Positions 21,501-23,756 of a stretch of 64,000 nt of DNA are shown in pieces. The notes beneath the pieces are model-generated. The model saw only the letters and a list, made by a program, of their open reading frames with translations. It searched no databases and was not told the origin of the DNA. Positions within the stretch are counted from its first letter, which is position 1. Every line of letters begins with the position of its first letter. The position numbers were made by a program, and so were the translations under genes. The DNA is from an uncultured bacterium (GTDB taxonomy: Bacteria > Omnitrophota > Omnitrophia > Omnitrophales > Aquincolibacteriaceae): positions 104,063-168,062 of the forward strand of contig CAYZYT010000004.1 of the NCBI GenBank assembly GCA_964482725.1, written 5' to 3'.

Positions 21501-21984
21501 AATGGAGCTTGCAGCTCTTACGAAGGAACAATGGGAAGAATTTTTCATCGTGGCTTCGGCTGCGGCTGAGGGACGCAAAGATGCCAGGATCGTTCTTTAT
21601 GGTGAAACACCAGGGACGGTTCTCGAAAAAGGGAGAACCGTCCCTGAGACTTCACGCGAAGAGATTCTTCGGCAGATCGAAGGCGGGAAGATCTTTGTTA
21701 CCGAGCTCGGCATGGAAGCGGCATTTCAGAAATTCGGCATTCCCAACAAAGCGGCTGTGGATCTTTATGGCGCTGCCGTTCGTCGGGAGCGTCATTCTCT
21801 GGTCAAATCACTCCGGCTGGACGGAAGAAGCGGTCTTATCACGCTCGCGCTCCTTTATGTGCTCGCAGACGGCAAAGAAAAGGCCGTGACGGAATCAGCA
21901 TCCGGCGAGCTTTCTGTCCGCGCCGAACTTCGCGCGGTCCTGCAGGATTATCTCTCCCAGCAAGTTGTGGCGTGGGCGGCATAA
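541..21984 (+). CDS. Giant (7147 aa) signal-peptide-bearing multidomain protein; modules delimited by R[SA]E[VIAML]R
   Basis: Uninterrupted 21.4-kb ORF; N-terminal MRESSILKRVISLVVVVCFLTTNAMA signal peptide; many recognisable enzyme motifs. Confidence 0.95.
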   Translation: MRESSILKRVISLVVVVCFLTTNAMAMPGQTLDGGWGMAGVEKAKAISVPSGLGSVVETYDASKQDGGRRREDGNKLKTEAPSTILHPSPRFVIYIQDAHDSLEAQENIAAMVRHCVKEYGVKTVYEEGYEGPVPTDKLFGSIQDPVLKEKISYYLMDKLRIGGAEYAHINRAAEPPSRETANDERLTMRSAFPVPRSPESDFQLVGADSISLHLENIRAYEQAAKNRTGVTQDIQRIRKELQKLADKNFPKEMKEWLKLKERYQNGQLPLVEYLARTMKIRETDGGWRMAKGVKPGLPPSAIHPPAPSVEALLSGDPKAIKQIDLMKLIGEIQALENEIVEAGLPAERDRKTYGYFESVMLLEKLNKIELSHEEFTFLKDSLEGLKTEDVARFIAKETGHSLVLFKSWENLIADSIHFYELAKKRDQAIEKILTKTTDERLETSDKKSLLSPVSGLESPKTKADISVLVFGGFHKEAIKRILKEKGISYVILSPSIGNPSKRHEDYYRMLMGGGRHSFERMQGIGGRMEDGVKQKTKGFSPSANRGESVSRQSTRAQSVFTMNYGSTVDLLSKTAAPFRNELRQDFILKMDLAIQGRFLNAGAEAKEPSLVDNSAKRSEVRQMLQQGPATKRDGFISAAWKKQRAKLLQSANYRLLEYMIHQTDLSERQKKGYLYLWETMMLLIPLTNGVKIPASAWAVSLAIAHPAFTILPAIIWCTLSSVLRAIFVIPPFAFYYRFRVRELVLANFLPFGAAFVAVPTQVLAIMREEYKRFGDLSFKQLAKLHETVIRKVLEENPKDEALLARTPELTFRLLEWRSRKYGADAAKALLLPARLTDLLQEADPSKAALSAQRATALAKTVIFFPPSGFHQAGSRGSALYENSATIKRLYERVNQKAREILGDPAFDIFDVSFNQTEEDYLRGNNAVAVHLAIATHHMALWESLKEKYPEAGRPGAVLGASRGADAAYYASGALGLEDTVELAVRNIQFLKKASELSGSRRIGSVSRLSRETLEALLAPEEGAIAVQYSKNLFAVSYRKDSFEKLEQDIKSAGGVLRKTLLSVSSHDPHLLTPETKPLFEEYQAFLEGFKARIRLPSLKLFSALEPGKELKTPEDILSEEVRYTTQAIPLDRSFADLLQGAGLQNVLGLGYEKDYFIQALQKEGTVSGDVRVAQAADLADYGSFWNLFSRTENVGAAGTVRSEVRAANDPKDIFEGEPRLSVERRDGNVLSGDARTLSGGRVLSWDEAVQHAPELARRVALSGGFAGFFTHLGRAWNDPYREIDPAIVERYFENVRAWGRKENGVVFILGGVPEKIGELFTQAVVIHIPNVPDNDPIPLIAGKESFDPMVELMKKIGVRGILPYGGEYARFDEQGRVLQGFDPGLGCAGGPLFILSRFFAVHVYPQLLLGGLINKHLGVAGLPLETGKYLTEPRSEIRNIPAGSKLSRREAFRWAALFDEELSQRGRALVSAATKEKLSVKRDTLLGGVNRYSAPEKTAILSFRDKDSLGQIYLLFLDRENRPAGYGSLYSSGKDKPVVVSFHIFSEFRGRGLGEDFWNAIKSFLKQNGMGYVPEKVYFPPVSWFAERGLGDDFKNSGVQEFLVKMGFKPVGVKPSATPGDVAFLYNLGDGEKPQAGVARSEARSSNESREQLTDAGMDQYAFFYWNNNSQFDAIPYTLEKPLWEWRAGDIFVVESREKTETYLLLEQTDFGVVTFTSPRDFGEPERRNIREWRMDFGRDLDRGARITVRRYYDAGKIPTLLHFANEGRLEPDTLRAYYKRIILGVLIIAAPPVLGLYMFGLLKPWFISMVLGVLALALLAGPVLFRFKAGSFIFDLNQALPFRIPPPGTKLSKFESWRMNFPSSSARSEARLSRGTSPEPTAAGEQALGKGPREAEWPEVSRQFRSLNPYNIHNMPSAVLSELASEIANKLNVYVFVRKNHSGKRWMSQVMEILSLRIVYDQDIEVYVKGRQTPEVLNATLDLVERAMQDWKMLEESTKENPLYDAYLREIDQIAQGSATRTLKAAYRTFSDAAISRAIDAVDYNHGEIDPATGEAKRDEVTDAAFRRLDALYEAVPGVITVPRSEFMGFFGKRQPEFAANKDRLIKPFSALSDAEKTALVRWNEIRRSEARDVPEVAQTQGSREEQEDRFVNEKISLGAVPHGEGRLLAVMDGHGGDEVSEMLRANLERVFKDSMLRKNGDVQQALQEVFGRLQKMAAGSESGSTLSLAYVPEDEKAAYVMIVGDSPVYVRKNGRLISFPEHNLSNPVEVITQQQRASSAGKKFRVDYDFKRENGKDLLRKIGTTENTSLAITRAFGNKSFQGLLIGEPSILKTDLSDAQGPVEVLLGTDGIYGFHGNDSKIQRDARAGYLLSRGTDAAGIVQSAGSANASDNVTVLLWKFDPNTVRSEMRQDIHSPARTGAGTREVPAEMRQDIHSPARTGAGTKEVPAELRGAEKPDDRESWTRFLNTYAPALSGFGGTSLEQVWREIFENTPEHARILDLATGNGAVAGLAAAMAAKFFEVWAIDSAEPKVIPQGVNFRKASMETFSGTTDMPADLDLVTGQFAIEYGETDRVLGEIHRAMKAGGKGVFIIHHKNSFWAERAKSLLEQTDWVKKAGIFERIRQWVQDPSEEKRGRFEAVLDVLRSEISKRRAQKSENDVLSSIFRIANTTFEAVRNGKLSGLAEQIQEVEEQWNNTVWVKEHMIHAAFDGEAMARFKTAIEARGFQVVGIEPWQIRGTIRTEEQDLLVGWRVEIQKPGILSPETRQERDWIKEVQWPDPEAALRANDGPFHIPSKEDEALQIFLDSGKGTPDYALNQKAEYLGKLLNILGALDKTRLWWGTGNEENWSGWVKHSFANYLNNLLALVGFSLRNEDPLSEQSAKDLKEQIEFADAIWSARKELAASVANNFKNYPEILQPAPEGKGLSKENTFSRIELNFAFPHKVFVASPNAERNRAIYAEALRRMEGPFQEILKLAREQLSEYEKGTALPAEPKKDKRSEVRDPQAFLENTGPVDAEQFERMILGKRFDDLAPEQRARFIEFIRSRNLHNLAPSLQRLILDHVQRHAGEENDEMKALWSCTLRLEPGSAEIYRQEVSILRSSVAPLAKKVSEGYSIVTVEESSKGIRTQTNLSKTKTEDPSAEVWEFLIPDQVETSGGVYTIAKPGTDAVVIGSGGSGSVVIRARKQDGTPVAMKIIKEDGKSMHRFFLEYLMTLRFKGDPNIIQVYDSGRYVVQAQRFYFIMEEYGERTLADEVRARSKKLGEGVEIFSPPERRKIANEMIDILQTLYAARILHRDVKADNLFYSGGRLKLGDFGIARCLPQEKDEINSDALEGTPTHIPVESFAGASGFYNDLYEFAMTMAFLDPSTLADDFGATTRGQMRRVSVPTSMFTKNLAGLAQTDAAYKKFYEMREFSKKTLAGTLVRLERSQDPFTQLVVRPILDREHYQDSPRNAQELDQLAASVFFIEKTTDLIREGQPAEARRYVAALLGEGSTFATYPIVREKVEELRLAAEASSVRSEMRNGKTSTKPAMIERKAEGKGRIWIAELKYPRKMLSLGVRYAGKTLKLYPYDEDWKKGTLIFDEEEPIAVYVSQEDLFSVLEEETTTDAKGRFIREGLRYNLGENKAHLKISLRPFETPDWKTGVRIFEGQAEIAYHDAKRNRTVNLISIAPFRRSGAREVGTADLRDVPHVHRKDLWKTGLYGSEELKQILKAMLESEDIVFDERRYKVSLYALPAEELVALMDYLRAQRIRVNGYLYRELLQEHQEDMARYIEKTRAAGSDLKYLGAPAYQLYADLLPAAEEVNPSLYVDSQPPRYHDDVFSSLKKEYRAQLQEIRRQGDKIGLAVHGVREWKWRDMSGQSRDREIGMDDGKMRFLNVLLEGRIRNFTMPFSFSKLKVDVGYLDTEHDTNFSDRGDAGTYGPYYILLDPRWRHDAQGGIGEEHHKYYLVPNDSMRKFLTGGLEQALAGGLIDPERLEVLKSKIMTYREYADILSGRGAASRAELREEKAPNRERKMEKIRQRPSRRSDGKESKWDVFDRFVQKVNLLNFEEVKQTEELKSLSKKRELLVSFGIPEAAEVEAKYLIGAIGKLFKKMQAEGAGRQQPIIWTDFLSYGGQGRYLTAYKDENPEGGWIVKVAASEESSRYMDLYSLEGTRLALERLGGGLAASTMIIDGRKNGKDFFFRSGKRAMYESVAIVQEKLLPLVEYLKQVGRRGASDREVSEAIGYMEKYKQLAIAMYRRGIVDADNFNVVGNYGIRPSDKSLAIFDLGDLTDSLRSAQSFVAELDSFNEDRADDSAEIDGVLLDPKVSRAFTDNPFRTEDFVLHGKDLFGSEFDPKKHGMTFPLSEDEVRRMFLGSSIREPSQDRRSEIRISGANKKLARKEDRRAELRDAETWRGRGAESPLRLEKVTLLNELAAKVPEGTKRTFRALANASGGRYSYSAIRGIAVYYAITPEEGGFEPEEIWTRKEWVENLPKGARALSRGQRPTAENISAALKEKFGIVRSPAQIREALSFHKITYREVEMVRDLSIDPRNDDAWKEFFKRHVQTLGPGLHAVSELAEKLSSVAANKKLEAGFIGIGASQIERIMILHRLSYEELGLKKVRPAPKTQDEWILLVRELVDKIPAGVKKTLGNAAQASGGLFTYSRLYHAMSDHDISYNEVGLETPRRQPRRSRADWLAYFKELAAAIPEGFRKVLGNAAEFSEGAVTFSQLLKAKVNHGFSYEEIGLERFYQILGLVPESVDWQIQTSYEKGRSGKGRWETVRTKAVGPRILGPDEEASRQERMDHLEKTIVLLGSDAGKMIDQVLDALAQGASMDNLSDLSEKSDVDPQALREMMGRLRKIYHRLVAGQPIPQEWIGESETQDYPTGAPTGLSQGVLSRSEVRNGQALKMWGAWKTKEEALIDLELKKSQAMLAMHPWSFLALLNGKENPRLSGEIGELLNRCFEMLAWAVGQFHGQPVEVLQMEEARKLESAARQYRVLLEVLHGLDKGKLPFDKIVSQNDFETVRQYTFSDNGTLYPVRVICRWESAEAKEARLAVNVLLPLGSSSEEDIARHKKGPGLPPLSDRQMISLRIDWSNRTERAEMDISGGSNEKLPFARRHWVLNDLSRQATFRNFVLGMDQKLAKLSSASAPVPSEKHRSEMREVFKLGGEFTRETMERMIRELAGQQKVDFETEEGDRFTVHYTFQDQGYQQGWYQPFRAEGERFRLLLTRHVGASEDQVAFANAKLVERDGKKVAVMDHGFGKEEILKGKSILMDREVVALQTEDRYVGLFKGIGTAMMQLACGVARAHGADVLYAESIASKELESFYVQAGGVMEDYQAVFEVMDSSEDGNAASTYFSTRQRAKFDLKSLPQLERFQIEKISSDAKLSGHRVLALSDEVQKHNPSPADLPSNFEMNRSEVRGKNINRKIVVAMTPEAEKRARRLQQALKLLATTYPEGVTYELVAKTMNELPRDPEPSLSWYALAKWTEAHPDLPSVVLLRKMQRASSALQDALSDLVKRPAKQNWTPDLKKLRHDLLGKALELNLHGAFVFHPYTDERYVWRVLGFMEDGWKAVFEDIQSKEGQLLITLRLEKEGEEVFLRTFAVGKEKRALLGVLGKKGQPTKQALDILPLEDKTIYGEEKKAYRILSELVGRPEGYAWQADEDKLNDLIGEELGEVSPRGVSSFSPAKYFAYRWFLLGTREAGWSARIMEAGIRSAAPVFKVKFYREDGKKEAFEKEYQLGPKRKDLKYTGPRKNTAPLSIWDIVPLNDAGVFAPERPAQEKITEALAALLAEGAVVSQALLAEKADVGENTVVRIKKENAVLGKKIDEAVATSLYKKIEAFLKDHPGAKQKDIAEAIGVSPSAIVYYKSTNEEIRKLIEVNQPVQDKKALSPGKGSQTKETRSAPKTEAPRKEKKIPQPRVSPAQDKPAIPEEKPEEGKAAKPTELKGVTAVPEIQTYAMLDEGIVTLFERRYAPILEELSDQAVDEPSETVEKSEALLGRLDLVLKNFEKSSPTLLGRLKNIRGKLESIQSLARVNDDAGFDGSEGESRDPSRSEVRTAPDLTIKAEDRTRFLKKNRGKDLNEMVKSMIRDATRYSEEGAARVLYAEPKEPVFIPEKYDAYLGYSALDTALWEIFGNALKYSPKEKPIRIALEREPGHILLKVSDSGIGISAEEMKHAGTVGWRGERAQAYFKLGAGRGIAQTKEIIERIYGGSVTIESPGENQGTIVTITLPLSDSAGRAKLDSDKLRYKDTADFMARHSVIEKGVVYTVRDILDRELPSAVYALEKVQELRRRMDASGKRETPLILWQNMSLGQFFPYFSETVKTELGVLELSEDVSKWQAQIADLQPGKSRFILIKQKIASSFPGENKDYANYPEEEWDPSVETWGAKEIERIAKTLRAPVVMVDHTGKEFSNGQRLLAEHAQRSGIKTHWMNSRLSEDLGKDKDLWSSDSLLVLLNANADPERKKSLFDDSENFSKTRRILSGIINGEKINFVDALMEAYAAATLQAQEARRSEMRLPASGGRKSSGAVTFLKKKEVPGVVTAVSFEGKPYALSAIGTMLQIRDQFNFGILLFKLIPERQRNAFIASLPRETQERVQAYRRAPAAGATRLMVEVLKNEDFTAQIKANAAVQIGIGQDLATSVVRFEVEQVSDEKAVFRIFLGEVPVEYDVSLGKTYMVAREKVLEEPLDAAELFTVSSDVLSAGKHFSFRMFLKDNATWIHMVDYKSTNGTVLWAEVYPKKVDYPRRKQDRAICEKEIRKMLEDFSDKMRADGLATDPETKDVKYQEALNEAASLYIESSKFHELEELRKKLIENYFFSNTSSSLGASTRSQYALETLESLLEDDRISVWEPILEAAVKYVRYFVHLVRLLKTEKLKLAPSKLQYEMVRALSKINGKETEVPEASKFNKEIFGKTLRIDTLPRSEARTSRTPDQTPALNPGSAAGAKREESGQSVRNALVVRDRIEKLTGAGTILMSRMELAALTKEQWEEFFIVASAAAEGRKDARIVLYGETPGTVLEKGRTVPETSREEILRQIEGGKIFVTELGMEAAFQKFGIPNKAAVDLYGAAVRRERHSLVKSLRLDGRSGLITLALLYVLADGKEKAVTESASGELSVRAELRAVLQDYLSQQVVAWAA
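811..2070 (+). other. Giant protein N-terminal domain, TraB/TIKI/EreA/ChaN-like fold (putative metallo-hydrolase or peptidase)
   Basis: Ordered motifs IQDAH (His 838), VYEEG (916-927), KRDQAI (1816), VLVFGGFH (His 1963). Confidence 0.5.
3121..4110 (+). other. Module: FabD/malonyl-CoA:ACP transacylase-like acyltransferase
   Basis: VIFFPPSGFHQAG (FPGQG-like), AVLGASRG (GxSxG nucleophile elbow), VSSHDPHLL (AFHS-like). Confidence 0.7.
4858..5460 (+). other. Module: GNAT acetyltransferase
   Basis: FHIFSEFRGRGLG acetyl-CoA motif A; FLVKMGF. Confidence 0.7.
6250..6510 (+). other. Module: HPr-like phosphocarrier domain
   Basis: NPYNIHNMPSAVL resembles NxxGLHARPA; VMEILSLRIVYDQDIEVYVKG resembles the HPr C-terminal half. 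Confidence 0.55.
6943..7767 (+). other. Module: PP2C/PPM protein phosphatase
   Basis: AVMDGHGG, GSTL, VGDS, ITRAFGN, LGTDGI, DNVTV. Confidence 0.9.
7774..7908 (+). repeat. 63-bp in-frame tandem duplication (2 units plus a partial third)
   Basis: Units 7774-7836 and 7837-7899 differ at one base and encode EMRQDIHSPARTGAGT(R/K)EVPA. Confidence 0.95.
7909..8830 (+). other. Module: class I SAM-dependent methyltransferase
   Basis: ILDLATGNG motif I; WAID; DLVTGQFAIEY; LGEIHRAMKAGG. Confidence 0.85.
10060..10900 (+). other. Module: Hanks-type Ser/Thr protein kinase
   Basis: IGSGGSGSV, VAMK, HRDVKADN, DFG, GTPTHIPVE. Confidence 0.92.
12890..13400 (+). other. Module: atypical kinase-like fold
   Basis: YGGQGR loop, IVKV, IVQEK, GIVDAD...N, IFDLG. 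Confidence 0.5.
13747..14770 (+). repeat. Module: about 5 diverged helical/HTH-like protein repeats of roughly 60 aa
   Basis: Recurring W..L...IP.G.K..L..A..S.G..(S/T)Y.......H.ISY.E.GL units. Confidence 0.65.
16021..16650 (+). other. Module: second GNAT-like domain
   Basis: FKGIGTAMM...ARAHGADVLY...SFYVQAG. Confidence 0.6.
18790..19260 (+). other. Module: HATPase_c (GHKL) domain
   Basis: EIFGNALKYS (N box), VSDSGIGI (G1), GAGRGI (G2), GTIVTITLP. Confidence 0.88.
20560..20780 (+). other. Module: degenerate FHA-like domain
   Basis: LSAGKHF...VDYKSTNGT resembles the FHA SRxH...DxxSxNGT pattern. Confidence 0.5.
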
Positions 21985-21987
21985 CAC

Positions 21988-22155
21988 GTACGGCGTACGG
22001 AGTACGGCGAATAGAAAACATCTTGCATAACGCCTTACCCCGTACGCGATGCGTTCTGTGATATCCCTTAACAACATCAGGGAAATAGCGTACACTTCTC
22101 GAGCTTTTAACAACAAAGGAGGAATTCGCTCATCGCCGTACTCCGTACGCCGTAC
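21988..22155. repeat. Heptamer-based element with a perfect 23-bp inverted repeat
   Basis: GTACGGCGTACGGAGTACGGCGA (21988-22010) and its exact reverse complement (22133-22155). Confidence 0.9.
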
Positions 22156-22171
22156 ATGAGCGAAAGCGAAT

Positions 22172-23266
22172 ATGGGCTTCAAATGCGGTATTGTCGGTCT
22201 TCCAAACGTCGGTAAATCGACTATTTTTAATGCGATCGCCAAGGCGCATGCTGCGGCGTCCAACTATCCTTTCTGCACGATCGAACCGAACGTCGGCATG
22301 GTGCCGGTCCCGGATCCGCGTCTCTGGGAGCTGAGCAAACTCTTCAAGCCGCAAAAGACGACGCCGACTACGGTGGAATTTTATGATATCGCGGGGCTCG
22401 TCGCCGGAGCCTCCAAAGGTGAAGGCCTCGGGAACCAGTTCCTAGGGCATATAAAGGAAGTCGAAGCCATTCTCCACGTCGTCCGCTGCTTTGAGGACCC
22501 CAACATTGTGCACGTCTCGGGCACGATCGATCCTTCGCGTGATATCGATGTGATCGACACAGAGCTTTGTCTTAAGGACCTGGACACCATCAATGCCCGC
22601 TACAATAAGACCGAAAAACTGGCGAAGGCCGGCGATAAGGTGTCGAAGGAGCAAATGCCGGTCTATGAGAAAGTGAAAAAAGCGCTTGAGGACGGGACGC
22701 CGCTCCGCAATATCGGGCTGATCGAAGAAGAGAGGGCGCTTGTCAAAGATCTGGCGTTCCTGACGCTTAAAACCGTACTGTACTGCGCGAACGTTGCCGA
22801 AAAAGATCTGCCTGGCGGTGGGCCGTTCGTGAATCTGTTGCGCCAGCGCGCGGCCAAAGAGAGCGCCGAAGTGGTGGTGATCTCCGGGAAAGTCGAATCT
22901 GAATTGATCGATCTTTCCGAAGAAGATCAGCAGGTATTCCTGAAAGATTTGGGCCTTGAAGAACCGGGGTTGAATTCATTGATCCGGACCGGCTATAAAG
23001 CACTTCAGCTCATTACCTATTTTACGGCCGGTGAAAAGGAAGTGCGCGCCTGGACCGTTCGCAAAGGTTCCAAGGCGCCGCAAGCCGCGGGCGTGATCCA
23101 TTCCGATTTTGAGCGCGGGTTCATTCGCGCCGAAGTAATGAACTATGAAGATCTTCTGAAATACGGTTCCCAGGCCGCAGTCAAAGAAAAAGGTCTTCTT
23201 CGCGTCGAAGGTAAGGAATACGTGACGCAAGACGGCGATGTGATGCTTTTCCGTTTTTCAGTTTAA
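22172..23266 (+). CDS. ychF: Redox-regulated ATPase YchF
   Basis: [29 protein letters not shown]-terminal TGS domain. Confidence 0.97.
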   Translation: MGFKCGIVGLPNVGKSTIFNAIAKAHAAASNYPFCTIEPNVGMVPVPDPRLWELSKLFKPQKTTPTTVEFYDIAGLVAGASKGEGLGNQFLGHIKEVEAILHVVRCFEDPNIVHVSGTIDPSRDIDVIDTELCLKDLDTINARYNKTEKLAKAGDKVSKEQMPVYEKVKKALEDGTPLRNIGLIEEERALVKDLAFLTLKTVLYCANVAEKDLPGGGPFVNLLRQRAAKESAEVVVISGKVESELIDLSEEDQQVFLKDLGLEEPGLNSLIRTGYKALQLITYFTAGEKEVRAWTVRKGSKAPQAAGVIHSDFERGFIRAEVMNYEDLLKYGSQAAVKEKGLLRVEGKEYVTQDGDVMLFRFSV

Positions 23267-23308
23267 AAAAAGGATTCGACTTTCCAACCTGAACAAGGAG
23301 GACGGCGT

Positions 23309-23737
23309 ATGATCCTGACTGAGATCGAGAAGATCAAGGAGGCCACCCAAGGCTCCCTCAAAGAAAAAAAAGGCGTCTATCATCTGGACGCCCTGATCGC
23401 GGAAAGAAAAGTATTCCTGTCCAAGAAGAAACTGACCTACCACGCCCAGATCAAAGTCGACGAAGCCGCTAAGCAGGTCCACTTTTTTGAAATGCTGAAG
23501 GAAGCTTCTTCCGGACTTTCTGCCGGCGGCGACTTGGACTCTCCCGGGTTTGGATTTAAAACCGAGACCTACAAAACCGGCCTCGGGCAGCCGCGAGAAG
23601 GCATGATCCAGGAACAATCAAAACTTTTCGGAAAAACCTACCAATACAAATTCGATTTTTCTACGATCCGGCAGTCTTTCCGCGACGCTATCGAACGCGA
23701 AGGATATTCTTTCCAATACAAAACACTGCCTTTTTAA
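23309..23737 (+). CDS. Hypothetical protein
   Basis: Good RBS (AAGGAGG), 142 aa, directly upstream of the BACON gene. Confidence 0.75.
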   Translation: MILTEIEKIKEATQGSLKEKKGVYHLDALIAERKVFLSKKKLTYHAQIKVDEAAKQVHFFEMLKEASSGLSAGGDLDSPGFGFKTETYKTGLGQPREGMIQEQSKLFGKTYQYKFDFSTIRQSFRDAIEREGYSFQYKTLPF

Positions 23738-23756
23738 TCCCTCGAAGGGAGCTTTT

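Noticed and set aside
2392-21933. RSExR sites as DNA recombination (attC-like) sites or inteins
   Set aside because: Codons vary synonymously, including AGT versus TCN for Ser; there is no shared palindrome, and no Cys/Ser...His-Asn intein ends.
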